Assembly (NCBI GenBank): GCA_030390025.1
Contig: CM059432.1
Location: 42,038,001 to 42,102,000, forward strand
Direction: 5' to 3'
Origin: Squalus acanthias
Taxonomy: Eukaryota
Length of the DNA stretch: 64,000 bases
Part shown: piece by piece, positions 11,901 to 24,841 of the stretch
Layout: each line of letters starts with the position of its first letter
Position numbering within the stretch: the first letter of the stretch is position 1
Notes under the pieces: model-generated
Database searches by the model: none
The model's input: the letters and a program-made list of their open reading frames with translations, nothing else
Told to the model about the DNA's origin: nothing
Position numbers and translations under genes: made by a program

Positions 11901-12188
11901 TCACATATATATATATCCAGGTCCACTCACATCAGAAGCAATGCAGACAGGTCCTCTCTCACCAGTAGCCAGACAATCTCTGAGAACAGGCAGCCAGCAA
12001 TGATGACATCATCAGAGACGACTTTCAGACTGAAACCACTAATTAGTTCATGGGTTCCCACATGCTGCAACTCAATTGCCCAATTAAGTGAAAATTGCAT
12101 CAGGCATCCACATTAATCTGGAGTCGGGGGGGAAACACGAAATGCGGATTACACGACCCCAACCCGACCCCAAGACAAAATCCAGCCC
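8982..12188 (+). mobile_element. Non-autonomous Harbinger (family Y) containing a CR1 fragment
   Basis: Perfect 13-bp TIR GGGCTGGATTTTG/CAAAATCCAGCCC; TTC TSD at 8979-8981 and 12189-12191. Confidence 0.9.
9233..11695 (+). mobile_element. CR1 LINE ORF2 (partial AP endonuclease plus RT), stop-free, truncated at both ends
   Basis: [55 protein letters not shown]; no 3' UTR or tail. Confidence 0.95.
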
Positions 12189-12205
12189 TTCCAGTTTTAA
12201 CGGAG

Positions 12206-15200
12206 ATAGGAGGGAGGGCTTTAGATTCCTGGGACATTTGGACTGGTTCTGGGGGAGGTGGGACCTGTACAGGCCGGACGGGTTGCACCTCAACAGAGCT
12301 GGGACCAATGTCCTCGCAGAGGGGGGGGGGGAGTTTGCTAGTGCTGTTGGGTAGGGCTTAAACTAATTTGGCAGGGGGATGGGCACCTGTGTGTAGCATT
12401 AGAAAGGAGAAACAAGGTGCACAAAGGATTGGGAGAGACAGATAACCCTAGAGTAAGAAATAGTACGGTATTAGGTGGGGTCAGACTACAAGAATACAAG
12501 AAGGTCTAAGATAGGTTTGCAGTGCACGTGTGTAAATGCACGAAGTGTGATAAATAAGGTTGGTGAGCTGCAGGCGCAAATAGACACATGGGAATATGAT
12601 GCTGTGGTGATAACGGAGACCTGGCTCAAAAAAGGGCAGGATTGGGTACTAAATATTCCTGTATATAAGGTGTTCAAGAAAGATAGGGAAGGAAAGAAAG
12701 GAGTTGGGGTGGCAGTATTGATTAAGGAGAAAATTACAGTACTGGAGAGAGAGGATGTCCTGGAGGGGTCAAGGACAGAATCTATTTGTTCAGAGTTGAG
12801 AAACAATAGAGGTGCCATTACACTACTAGGTGTATTCTATCGACCGCCAACTAGTGGGAAGGATATAGAGGAGCAAATTTGCAGGGAAATTACAGAGAGG
12901 TGTAAGAACTATAGAGTAGTGATAATGGGGAACTTCAACGATCCTAATATAGACTGGGATAGTAATAGTGTAAAGGGCAGAGGGCGGGAAGAATTTCTGA
13001 AGTGTGTTCAGGAGAACTTTCTTGATCAGTACGTTTCCAGCCCAATGAGGAAGGAGGCATTGCTGGATCTGGTTCTGGGGAATGAAGTGGGTCAAGTAGA
13101 ACAAGTGTCAGTAGGGAACATTTAGGGAACAGTGATCACAGTATCATAAGGTTTAGACTAGCTATGGAAAAGGACAGGGAGCAATCTAGAGTAAAAATAC
13201 TTAATTGGAGGAAAGCCAATTTCAGTGGGTTGAGAATGGATCTGGCCCGGGTAAATTGGAATCAAAGAATGCCAGGCAAAACTGTAATCGAATAATGGGC
13301 TGCCTTTAAAGAGGAGATGGTTCGGGTATAGTTGAGGTACATTCCCACAAGGGGGAAAGGTAGGGCAACCAAAGCCAGAGCTCCCTGGATGACAAAAGAG
13401 ATAGAGAGTAAGATGAAGCAGAAAAAGGGGTCGTATGACAGATGTCAGGTTGAGAATTCAAGTGAGAACCAGGCTGAATATAGAAAGTTCAGAGAGGAAG
13501 TAAAAAAGGAAATAAGAGGGGCAAAGAGAGAGTATGAGAATAGATTGGCAGCTAAAATAAAAGGGAATCCAGAAGTCTTCTATAGGCATATAAATAGTAA
13601 ACAGGTAGTAAGAGGAGGGGTGGGACCGATTAGGGACCACAATGGAGACCTATGCATGGAGGCAGAGGGCATGGCTGAGGTACTAAACAAGTACTTTGCA
13701 TCTGTCTTTACCAAGGAAGAAGATGCTGCCAAAGTCATAGTGAAAGAGGAGGTAGTTGAGATACTGGATGGGATAAAAATTGATAAGGAGGAGGTACTAG
13801 AAAGGCTGGCTGTACTTAAAGTAGATAAGTCACCTGGACCGGATGGGAAGCATCCTAGGATGCTGAGGGAAGTAAAGGTGGAAATTGCGGAGGTACTGGC
13901 CATAATCTTCCAATCCTCCTTGGATACGGGGCTGGTGCCAGAGGACTGGAGAATTGTAAATGTTACACCCTTGTTCAAAAAAGGGTGTAAAGATAAACCC
14001 AGCAACTACAGGCCAGTCAGTTTAACCTCAGTAGTGGGGAAGCTTTTAGAAACGATAATCCGGGACAAAATTAACAGTCACTTGGACAAGTATGGATTAA
14101 TTAAGGAAAGCCAACACGGATTTGTTAAAGGCAAATCGTGTTTAACGAACTTGATTGAGTTTTTGATGAGGTAACAGAGAGGGCTGATGAGGGCAATGCG
14201 GTTGATGTGGTGTACATGGACTTCCAAAAGGCGTTTGATAAAGTGCCACATAATAGGCTTGCCAGCAAAGTTGAAGCCCATGGAATAAAAGGGACAGTGG
14301 CAGCATGGATACGAAATTGGCTAAGTGACAGGAAACAGAGAGTAGTGGTGAACGGTTGTTTTTCGGACTGGAGGAAGGTATACAGTGGTGTTCCCCAGGG
14401 GTCAGTACTAGGACCACTGCTTTTCTTGATATATATTAATGACTTAGACTTGGGTGTACAGGGCACAATTTCAAAATTTGCAGATGACACAAAACTTTGA
14501 AGTATAGTGAACAGTGAGGAGGATAATGATAGACTTCAAGAAGACATAGATAGGCTGGCGGAATGAGCGGACACGTGGCAGATGAAATTTATGCAGAAAA
14601 GTGCGAAGTAATTCATTTTGGTAGGAAGAACGAGGAGAGGCAATCTAAACTAAAGGGTACAATTCTAAAGGGGTGCATGAACAGAGAGACCTGGGGGCAT
14701 ATGTGCACACATTGTTGAAAGTGGCAGGGCAGGTTGAGAAAGCGGTTAAAAAAGCATACTGTATCCTGGGCTTCATAAATAGAGGCATAGAGTACAAAAG
14801 CAAGTAAGTTATGATGAATCTTTATAAAACACTGGTTCGGCCTCAACTGAAATACTGTGTCCAATTCTGGGCACTGCACCTTAGGAAGGATGTGAAGGCT
14901 TAAGAGAAGGTGCAGAAAAGATTTGCAAGAATGGTTCCAGGGATGAGGGACTTCAGTTATGTGGATAGACTGGAGAAGCTGGGGTTGTTCTCCTTAGAGC
15001 AGAGAAGGTTGAGAGGAGATTTGATAGAGGTGTTCAAAATCATGAGGGGTCTAGACAGAGTAGGTAGAGAGAAACTGTTCCCATTGGCGGAAGGGTCAAG
15101 AACCAGAGGACACAGATTTAAGGTGATTGGCAGAAGAACCAAAGGCGACATGAGGAAAAACTTTTTTACGCAGCGAGTGGTTAGGATCGGGAATTCACTG

Positions 15201-15400
15201 CCTGAAAGGGTAGTGGAGACAGATTCAATTGTGGCTTTCAAAAGGGAATTGGATAAGTATCTGAAGGAAAAAAAATTGCAGGGCTACGGGGAAAGGGCGG
15301 GGGAGTGGGAGTAGCTGAAGTGCTCTTGCAGAGATCCGGCACGGGCTCGACGGGCCGAATGGCCTCCTTCTGTGCTGTAACTATTCTATGTTTCTATGTT
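12206..15400 (+). mobile_element. CR1 LINE: end of esterase-type ORF1, frameshifted ORF2 and 3' tail
   Basis: LYRPDGLHLN (SGNH esterase end); NARS, ETW, YRPP, FADD; tail ctattctatgtttctatgtt. Confidence 0.95.
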
Positions 15401-17158
15401 CCAGGATGGGGGGCGGGTGACCAACCCACTCCCAGGAGGTGGGCCACTCATTTAAATATTTTAATGAGGCTGCGTGCCTTAGATTTTATCTCTCTTCCAG
15501 ATTTAACGCTGGCCGGAGGGAGGAGAGGACTGCTGCTTGGAAGAAGTAAATGCTTTTCCAGCACTGCTTGTGGGCCAGGAGGAGCTGGAGTGCTTCACTC
15601 TGACCCCCCAAGCTAACCTGCTTTCCTCACCGCGATCGGACCCTCCCATGATCAGACCCCCCGCGATTACCGAACCCCCGCAATCACCGATTCCCCCACC
15701 GACCCCCCCACGATCATCAACCCCTCCGACCCCCATCGCTTCCCCAATCTCTCTCCGACCCCTCGCGATCACCCCCCCACAACACTCCAAACCGCGCTGT
15801 ACCCACCCTCCCACCTCCGTGATCTCCACCCCGAGGAGCAGGAAACCTACCTGCCCCTGAGCTGCGGCCTTTACTGCAGTGTTCCCCGCCCGACAGGGAG
15901 CCAAGCCTGTCAATCAGGCTGGCTTCGGGGTGGGGAACCTGTAAAAAAAAACGCATGTTGGGGACCCGACCAGAACTCATCCCCCTCGCTTGTAATCCCG
16001 CCCCCGCAAATATCGGGGCCATTGGTTCAGAATTAACTATTTATTTCACCTCATAGAAAGTGCCTGGTAATCAATCCAAAAATATTCTCGAAATGCTGTG
16101 ACAGAAGTAAGATATTAGCCTGTGTCTATGTATATATTTAGATTTCTGCTCAAAAGTTTAATAAAAGCAATCCAGAAAAGACTAGTTATCTGGAAAACAT
16201 GGATCAGCATCTGGTTTAAATAGTCATTTCCACCTTCTACTCAGTTAGATAAGTTTTGAATTATTTGTTATGTGCTCTGTATTAATCTTTCCTGGATGAA
16301 TAAATATTCTGTTGTACCCATCTGTCTTTGAGTATGTTTACTAAGAAAATATGCATAGCATGCAGACAAGGCTACTCTCTGATTCTTAAACAAGGAGCTA
16401 TTTTGAAATCATCCTAATTACTGTAACATTACAGTCTCTGATTCACATGAACATGTTTTATTTAAAGTCCCACATTGCAAATGCAAAACTCTCACTTCTA
16501 CTTACAGAAATAGCACTTCCAATGAGGAACATTAAATAAAAGATGTACCTTTGTTCAATCAGAGACTGCAATGCTACAGTAATTAGGGTTATTTCCAACA
16601 ATGGGAATAAAGTAAGGATAAAGTAATAAAGGAACACTTTGTTCCCAACTAAAATAATTGGCTTATCCTGTTTTTTAGCCACTTAATGATGGCCTCTGTG
16701 TCAATCTCCTTAGCTGCGGGGTTGTGATATGTCCAGAGATACTGTCATTGCTATTCATTGGCCAGTCCAGCTAGAGCCAGGCTGCAGCAGTGTTAGGAAA
16801 GGATCTTTCTCCTGCTCAGTGCTAGCAATTTTGCTTTCTGGGGCAGGTTTAATTGGGAACATCAATCAAGATTGAGCTATAAATTCAGGTCTCCTAAGTG
16901 AAAATCCACTACTCTGCAATTATAACCACTACGATTCTTAATAATAGGTTTTCTGCATATTGACGATGATTATGTGAAAAATGTAGCCAATTATCTTCTA
17001 GTCAAAGATTTTCAAAGAAAAGGCAGAACATTCAGCAGGAGCCTAAAACAGGATCGACCGTCCTGCCTGATTTTCCTTTCCATTGATGGTGTATAACGAG
17101 CGGACAATTCTCTACCGTCCATTTTACCTCCCTGTCAAAATTGAAAGCTCTACTCATT

Positions 17159-17792
17159 GGGGTATATTTTCCTCCTGAGTGGACTTCAGGCAGCTGGCCG
17201 GCGAAGCACACTAGCCGGCTGCCTGATAGTCCCAGCAGGAGGCCCAGTCCATTTTGAGGGCCGGGGCTTATTAGCATTTGGCCGGCAGGCTGTGGGCGGA
17301 AAACGAGTGCCCAGGGCAGTCCACTAGCTCGGGGCCACCGCAATATTAGGCAGCCCGCCCAGAAGAGGGTAGGTCCATCGGGGATGGCCCGATCTCGGGA
17401 TGGTGGGGGCAGGGGGGGGGTGGGCAGCAACCCAGACTGGTTATGTGGAGACCGGAGGAGCACTCCTGTTTCTCCAGGGCCCACAAAAATAAACAGAAAC
17501 TTACCTGGAGGCTCCTCTTTGGATGGACCTCCAGCTGATAATGGGCGGGGTATGGCTAGCACACATTCCACCCAGCACTGTCCTAAAATGGATTCCTATA
17601 TACATCATAGGACACTGATATGTATTTTAAATGAACCTACCACCTGACTCAGGCGGTTGCTCTGGCCGCCTAACAGTAGGCCCGGCGGCAGATTATGGCG
17701 GCCACAGAGACTGCGGAAACCTGGCAATAGGTCATTCCCCAACATTTTAGGGGTGCTATTGGCCCGTTTCCACTGGGCAGGAAGTTTCAAAT
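17159..17792. mobile_element. Degenerate Harbinger-like MITE
   Basis: GC-rich island with imperfect inverted ends (ttcctcctgagtgg / ccactgggcaggaa) and an internal aacttacctgg motif like other MITEs here. Confidence 0.5.
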
Positions 17793-18659
17793 CTATCTCA
17801 TAGACTTTAAAAGGGCATGAAAAAATGATTTTGGAACTTTAGTCACAGGAATAAAATGGTACAAGTACTTGCCATATCTTTTTTTTAGTTTCTTTTTAGA
17901 AAATGTGATCATAGGCAAATAAAAGGCTCAAACTCGTAGTAAGTAACAGCAGAATTTTCCAACAAGAATTATACAGCATTAGATATGGCTGAGCAAATGA
18001 ATGGAGATATATTACTTGTGTTAAGCACTTTGAGCCAGATTTCAGAGTTTCCATTCCATTTCATTGTAGATGTTATCTTTAGCACACTTGCAGACCCTTT
18101 GGGAATTTTACTGGCTGCAAACTCATTAATATGCAAGAACAAATGTAAATTATATGAAAACTACAGGCTATGTAAATATATTCAAACCACATATCCATGA
18201 ATATGATCAGGATGTGACCACACACCATGAAGCTGTTTCAGAGTATAAACAAGTAGTTCTAACAGACACTTCACTTTTTATTAGAGGTGAGAGAAACTGT
18301 ATATTAGAAAAGGTATTTGTTAGAAGTCCATAACAAATAAACAGCTATAAAACAAATAGAAGGAGTTACTTATATATATACTTATAAATATATGAAAACA
18401 TTGTACCATAGCTGTAATACTGGCTTCTACCTTCAATATATTTACACTTCTAGGGTCAATTAAAGAGTAGGGTTAGAAGGAGTGATTCCACTGGGGGAGT
18501 GCCAGGTTCATGGAATCGCCCTCATATATCTTGTATAGATGTACAATTTTCTTGTGCGAGCCTAAACAGAGAGTGTTGGCAGGTTGTTTCTCTGTGAGAG
18601 GCATCACTGTGCAGCCTAATCCTGCCCTTGACCAACATAGACATGCTTACTTTCCAGTA

Positions 18660-18935
18660 GATCCAAAAGATCCCATGGCACTATTTCGAAGAAGAGCAGG
18701 GGAGCTATCCCCAGTGTCCTGGCCAATATTTATCCCTCAATCAACATCACTGAACAGATTATCTAGTCATTATCACATTGCTGTTTGTGGGAGCTGCTGT
18801 GCGCAAATTGGCTGCCGTGTTTCTTACATTACAACAGTGACTACACTTCAAAAAGTACTTCATTGGCTGTAAAGCACTTTGGGAGGTCCTGAGGTTGTGA
18901 AAGGTGCTATATAAATGCAAGTTTTTCTTTTTCTT
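18660..18935 (+). mobile_element. DeuSINE (SacSINE1/AmnSINE1-like) 3' part
   Basis: ctggccaatatttatccctcaa...acaacagtgactacacttcaaaa...tataaatgcaagt, recognised from the Deu-domain consensus. Confidence 0.75.
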
Positions 18936-19456
18936 TCAGTAGGGATCAGTCATAAACCGAAGCCTCTACCCATAGCCCAAGAACATTGGGAACATTATTA
19001 CTTTGTGTGGTACTGACCATATAGATTGGGTAGGTTCCAGGTTCAATCCTTAGTCTGTGATGAGTTCGCTGATTTCAGCTGGGACAGCAGTGAACACTCT
19101 GAATGTTGGTTTCAGCATTCCTGGACTATCAAGGGGGAAAAATCATCCAAAGCTTGACCTCCCCAACTCCCCTGTCCCAGACTACACCCCCCTTTCTTCC
19201 TGTGAGATCCTCCAATAAACCCCTACCCTACACATACCTGCATGCCGCTGAGCGGCCATGGGCTGCCCGACATCTCGCAGGCTGGCAGCTGCTTCCTGTC
19301 CACTTCCTGCCCATTCCGGATGGGAAGTGGACAGCTGCATTTGTAATGAGGCCTGGCGATAAAATTGTTGTAGGCTCACGCCGCTGTCGGGTGGGTCAGA
19401 AACTAACTGGCTCCTGCGGTTTTCTGCCAGAAACCCACTGGGACTTAAAATAGATA

Positions 19457-19541
19457 GGTCGCACAACACCAGGTTATAGTCCAACAGTTTTATTTGAAAT
19501 CACAAGCTTTCGGAGCTATCGATCGCCCCTTCCTCAGGTGA
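19457..19541 (-). mobile_element. Penelope-type terminal fragment with minimal hammerhead motif
   Basis: Reverse complement TCAC-CTGAGGA-AGGGGC...GCTCC-GAAAGCTT-GTGA, then tttcaaataaaactgttggactataacctgg; same family as 32758-32838. Confidence 0.7.
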
Positions 19542-20780
19542 TCCCATAGTCTTACAGCACTCTCTGTGTAGGCTTGCACAAGAAAAATGGATAGCCAGAT
19601 GAGGAACCAGAGGACTGCTGGAACTTGTGGAACCAGTATGAGTTGTTGGCTGGAAAAGTCGATAGGGCCTGAAAACAGGCAGGGGCACCACGCGGCGAGA
19701 TTTGCTCATGCCTGTTTAGAAAGTGCAGGCAGCACGTTAATTTGGTGCTGTCTGCTAATTTAAATGATTTTAGCGCACTGCCCAGTGATTATCGTGCTAC
19801 TGACGCCTGCATTCTGCACGTAAAAAATGGTAAAAGGGCTTCAGCACTTACACAAATGGCTCAACAGGCCAGTAAAAGGGCACCCAAGGTCTTGAAAACA
19901 GCACTTGAGCTTTGTGCAGGGGGTCAACACTGGAAGAGAGGTCCTGTACCCACAGGGGACCTGGAGGCCCTCCAGAAAGAAGGTTGTGGGACCAGATCGC
20001 CGAGGCAGTCACTGTCAGCAGTGGCACCCCCCAGGAAATGGCTCCAGTGCCCAAAGAAGTTTCATGACCTCAGACGAGTGGTCAAGGTAGATGAATGAAG
20101 CTTCAAAAGTTGTCTCCTACCAATTGCACCACTAGTCTCATACAGTACTCAATGCATGACCCCCTTCCCTAGCCCCCCTACCTACCAACTCACCTACCAA
20201 CAATCTCTACCAAACACGAGGCACACCTCACATTCCTAGCTTCACCTCACTCCTTTGGAGGAGACGATGCTGGCCATTCTTGGCAGTGGCATGGCTGAGC
20301 CTTGGCCAGCTACAGGGCTGAAAGAATACAAGATGCTAGTATCCCCATACACTATCCTCTTTCTCATATCCCACTTCCCCCTCATCCCACAATCTCTTCT
20401 GATGTACAAGCTGCACATGGTGTAAGCATGCACATCTTGCTTTCCCGCCCTCCCCTCACCACACCCCTACGCTGGTGCCTTGCTCATTTCAGACACACAA
20501 GAAATCTAGGCTGCCCAGCTAATGGTTGACCAAGAAGAGGGAGAGGAGAGTGAAGAAGAAGAAGAAGAAACCCCACCATTCGATTTCACACTCCCAGCCA
20601 CCAGCTCCTCGAGGTCGTCCTGCAAGGCCATCTGCAGTCTCACCCACGAAAGTCAGCTGCCTTCCACCAGCCATGTTGCAGCTACTGGGGTAGGCAAAGG
20701 CACACACAAGACACTCATTAAGGGAATGCACAGGGTGATTAGTAGATTTTTTGATGTCATATTGGATGGATAGATGTATA

Positions 20781-21258
20781 AAGGTTCACCAGACTGGTTC
20801 CTGGGATGGGGGGATTGTCCTTTGAGGAGAGATTGAGTAGACTAGGCCTATATTCTCTCGAGTTTAGAAGAATGAGAGGTGATCTCATTGGAACATACAA
20901 AATTCTTACAGGGCTTGACAGGGTAGATGCAGGGAGGATGTTTCCCCTGGCTGGGGAGTCTAGAACCAGGGGTCACAGTCTCAGAATAAGGGGTCAGCCA
21001 TTTAGGACTGAGATGAGGAGAAATTTCTTCACTCAGAGGGTGGTGAATCTTTGGAATTCTCTACCCCAGAGGGCTGTGGAGGCTCAGTCGTTGAGTATAT
21101 TCAAGATAGAGATCGATAGATTTTTGAATATTATGGGAATCAAGGGATATGGGGATAGTGCTGGAAAGTGGAGTTGAGGTAGAAGATCAGCCATGATCTT
21201 ATTGAATGGCTCGAAGGGCCAAATGGCCTACTCCTGCTCCTATTTCTTATGTTCTTAT
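20781..21258 (+). mobile_element. CR1 3' fragment
   Basis: EERLSRLGLYSLEFRRMRGDL...FFTQRVVNLWNSLP; tail ttcttatgttcttat; tataaag repeated at both junctions. Confidence 0.9.
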
Positions 21259-21825
21259 AAAGTTGGATCAGATAGTTCGCTTTGTGGTGGCTTTTATTTC
21301 AGCATCATGGCCAAGGGGACGCTGTGATGGTCAGTAGCAGAGGGAAGATAAGGTGTGGGACCAATGTTGAAAGGGGAATTGGGTTGTGTTCACTGGTACT
21401 GCAGGCGGATGATTCCATCCCGGATATCCCGTCCAGAAAGGGATTGTCTGGATTGCATCCTTCCTTCTGCTTCCTCCTCTTCTGCTTCCTCCTCTTCTGC
21501 TTCCTCCACTTCCCTCTGTGAGCAGCTTGTCCCCTTTGCTGCCTTTGCTTCATCTCCATGTGATGTTGCAGCCCAAGAGGGACTGCAACTAGAGCCCCCA
21601 AGACTGTGAGCAAGTGGTCTTCGCAGAGACCTTCCTTTAACATCCAAAGCCTTGCTAGCGTCCAGCCGGACTCCCTGCACTCCCTGCACACTTTAACAAC
21701 TTTTTAAATGTATTGCACCAAGCCATTACTCCAGTGAAATGTAAAAAACACAGTCCAAAAGCTGAAATAGAAACTTACCTGAAAGATGTGTGTGTCCCTT
21801 TAAGAAGCACTGACAGCATCTCTGT

Positions 21826-23002
21826 AGAGGTGAGAGTGACTGCCCTTGACATCAAGGCAGCATTTGACCAAGTGTGGCATCAAGGAGCCCTAGTAAAATC
21901 GAAGCCAATGGGAATCAGGGGGAAAACTCTCCACTGGCTGGAGTCATACCTAGCACAAAGGAAGATGGTTGTTGTTGTTGGAGGTCAATCATCACAGCCC
22001 CAGAACATCACTGCAGGAGTTCCTCAGAGCAGTGTCCTAGGCCCAACTATGCCCAACCCAGCTGCTTCATCAATGACCTTCCCTCCATCATAAGTCAGAA
22101 GTGGGGATGTTCGCTGATGATTGCAAAGTGTTCAGTTCCATTCGGAACTCCTCAGATAATGAAGCAGTCGATGCCCGCATGCAACAAGACATGGACAACA
22201 TTCAGGCTTGGGCTGATAAGTGGCTAGTAACATTCACCCCACACAAGTGCCAGGCAATGACTATCGCCAATAAGCGAGAGTCTAACCACCGCCCCTTGAC
22301 TTCCAACGACATTACCATCACCGAATCCCCCACCATCAACATCCTGGGGGTCACCATTGACCAGAAACGTAACTGGACCAGCCACATAAATAATGTGGCC
22401 GCAAGAGCAGGTCAGAGGCTGGGTATTCTGTGGCAAGTGTCTCACCTCCTAACTCCCCAAAGCCTTTCCACCATCTACAAGGCACAAGTCAAGAGTGTGA
22501 TGGAATACTCTCCACTTGCCTGGATGAGTGCAGCTCCAACAACACTCAAGAAGCTCAACACCATCCAGAACAAAGCAGCCCGCTTGATTGGCAACCCATC
22601 CACCACCTTAAACATTTACTCCCTCCACCACCGGCGCACTGTGGCTGTAGTGTGTACCATCTACAAGATGCACTGCAGCAACTTGCCAAGGCTTCTTTGG
22701 CAGCACCTCCCAACCCGCGATCTCTACCTCCTAGAAGCGGGTGCATGGGAACACCATCATCTCCAATTTCCCCTCCAAGTTACACACCATCCTGATTTGG
22801 AGATATATCGACATTCCTTCATCGTCGCTGGGTCAAAATCCTGGAACTCCCTCCGTAACAGCACTGTGGGAGTGCCTTCACCATACGGACTGCAGCGGTT
22901 CAAGGCGGCGGCTCACCATCACCTTCTTAAGGCCAATTAGGGATGAGCAATAAATGCTGGTCTTTCCAACGACACCCACATCCCAGGAGTGAATAAAAAA
23001 AA
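21826..23002 (+). mobile_element. Second non-LTR family (CR1/L2-group RT, poly(A) tail), 5'-truncated
   Basis: DIKAAFDQVWHQG, AGVPQ.SVLGP, FADD; AATAAA and A-tail. Confidence 0.9.
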
Positions 23003-23345
23003 GAACTGCTGCACACATGTTCTTCCGTGCGTGGTTAGGAGATAGCGGTATGGAGAGCGGCAAAGTCCAAAATCGCAGTCATGCGTCAATTCAGGCGTTG
23101 CATGCAGATTGACACACGATCTGCATATTTACATGTGAGAGGCAAGTGCCGGCAACAGCAGCGCTAACGACCTATCCAAAATGGCGGCCGCCGTGTTCCA
23201 CGCCGGAAGCGGGCAGTAGTGAGGCAGCCGCCATTTTTTCAACAAAACCAGCCTTAACGGCCAGCGCTACAACCCCAAATTTCGTGGCCAGCATCTTTAG
23301 GAAAGAAGAGAAAAAAACAAAAATGCAGAATTATCTAGGGATAAT

Positions 23346-24841
23346 AGGGGAGAACTTCGGATTAGCCCCGTTTGGGGTGCTGAGGGGGAAAAATTCATTT
23401 GCTTTGTGCCTCCCGTTAGCACCTTAAGAGGGCGCTAATGGAGTGCATAGCAACTAGCGCCCGGGCGCGGCACCGCCAACGCCTCCCGCGAAATTAGCGG
23501 CGCTGGTAACCGTTAGTGCCCCGCGGCACTGCGCCACCGGCGATGACGTCATCGCCGTGCGCAGCGCCTTGCTCGCGCCCCGTCCGCGATCTTAGGTAGC
23601 GCCCCCTGACTTACCGCCAGACGCTATGTCCGACAGGGTCAGGGGGGCCTACCTGCGGCCGGGGCGGCGCTATTTAAAGGCGAGGTGCCGGGCGGCCATT
23701 TTTGTTGCTGGCCACCTGCCAGCACCTGCCTCCGCTGCCGTCCCCGGCCTCCTGACCCGCCCTCCTCCCCCCCCCTGCGGAGTGCCGGCTGCGTTCCATG
23801 AGCCCATGAGCCCGGCACTTCTCGAGTGCCAGGCTCTTTTGCCGGCACTCTGATCCCCGGTGGCCCAGCTGGACCCCGGGCCGCACTGCGCAAGAACCCT
23901 CCCCTTTAAGAAGGGGAGGAAGGCCTGCAATACCGCAGCACGGCGTGCCACAGCGCATGGCGCTGCAGTATGTAGCGCCACGATATTCCCTCGCAGCGCC
24001 CCAAGTGGGAGGCGGGGCGCTTCCAGTAGTGCCCCGCTTCCCTCTTGGTGTGCTACCACTCAATTTCGGTCACGGAGGTGCTAATGTTTCCGGGGCGCTA
24101 AAAGTAGCGCCTCGGTGAAGTCAGCACCCCAAAGGGGGCGCCATTCAATTTCTCCCCCTAAAACTTGAAAAGTTGAAAAATTAGCACCAGCCGCTAATCA
24201 TTCTCATCTCCCGCGAAATTCACTTTTAGCGCTCCGAGGGAAGCGGAGCGCAAAATCAAGCGCTAACCAATTCTCTTAGGGTGCTAAAGTCCGAGAGCGG
24301 GGCAGTAGCGGCAGAAAGCTGAACAATTTTGAGCGCATTGTAAACGGCACTTTTTCATCACAGAGGCTGCTTCCCTCGCTTAAAGGGAAGGACCAATAAT
24401 GCTGCACAAGCTAGTTGTTGTCAGTTCTGTTTTGCAAGGCGACCTGGGTGACTGCCATTACAGCCCAAACACTCTCACAAAATGGAGGGCTTGGACATCT
24501 TGCATCAATGAAACATTAAAAACTTTGCGCAGACTGGTGCAAATAATAAAGGTTACACTAGCTGAAAAGCATTCCCTTTAATTACCGCTCCCGAAGCGGC
24601 CAGCCGAGTTCACAACGCCTCCTCTTGCTGGGGTTGTCGGTGCAAGGCGATAAAGCAGGAGGCGAGAATCAATTTTTCAGCTGGGGCGATAACGGGGCAC
24701 TGCGCACTTTATAACGTCATGATTTGCGAGGTGCTAGAGGCCCAGGCGCTAAGAGTTACCGGCACTGAAGTTCGCGGACGTCGCTGCATTCGCCGGGCCC
24801 AGCCGCTAACGGGAGGCGCTAACATACTGAATTTTGCGGCC
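23346..24841 (+). mobile_element. Non-autonomous Harbinger (family O) interrupted near its left end
   Basis: AAT TSD; the rejoined left end matches 47274-47345. Confidence 0.75.
23384..24158 (+). mobile_element. Non-autonomous Harbinger (family W), nested in family O copy
   Basis: GGGGGAAAAATTC...AATTTCTCCCCC; flanks TGA/TAA; colinear with 35878-36650. Confidence 0.85.

Larger units (their letters stand above)
8877..16020 (-). mobile_element. Family X non-autonomous Harbinger split into three pieces (8877-8981, 12189-12205, 15401-16020) by nested inserts
   Basis: The pieces join to give the reverse complement of the 4190-4386 type sequence; flanks ATC/ATT. Confidence 0.75.
19648..23289 (+). 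mobile_element. Family Z non-autonomous Harbinger (Myb 5' half joined to inverted transposase N-terminus), with two LINE inserts
   Basis: Myb exon 1 remnant ~19856-20087 (WLQCPKKFHDLRRVVK); colinear with 25641-27817 and 49661-52232; no clean TSD. Confidence 0.75.

Noticed and set aside
11696..11968. Novel C-terminal domain fused to CR1 RT
   Set aside because: Read-through into MITE DNA including a (CT)n(AT)n microsatellite; no domain-like features.
9233..15400. RTs as retron, DGR or group II intron systems
   Set aside because: The AP endonuclease, esterase ORF1 end and CR1 C-terminus and tails identify ordinary CR1 LINEs.
17985..18200. 71-aa ATG-initiated ORF in unique DNA
   Set aside because: Short, with no recognisable motif or supporting splice structure.
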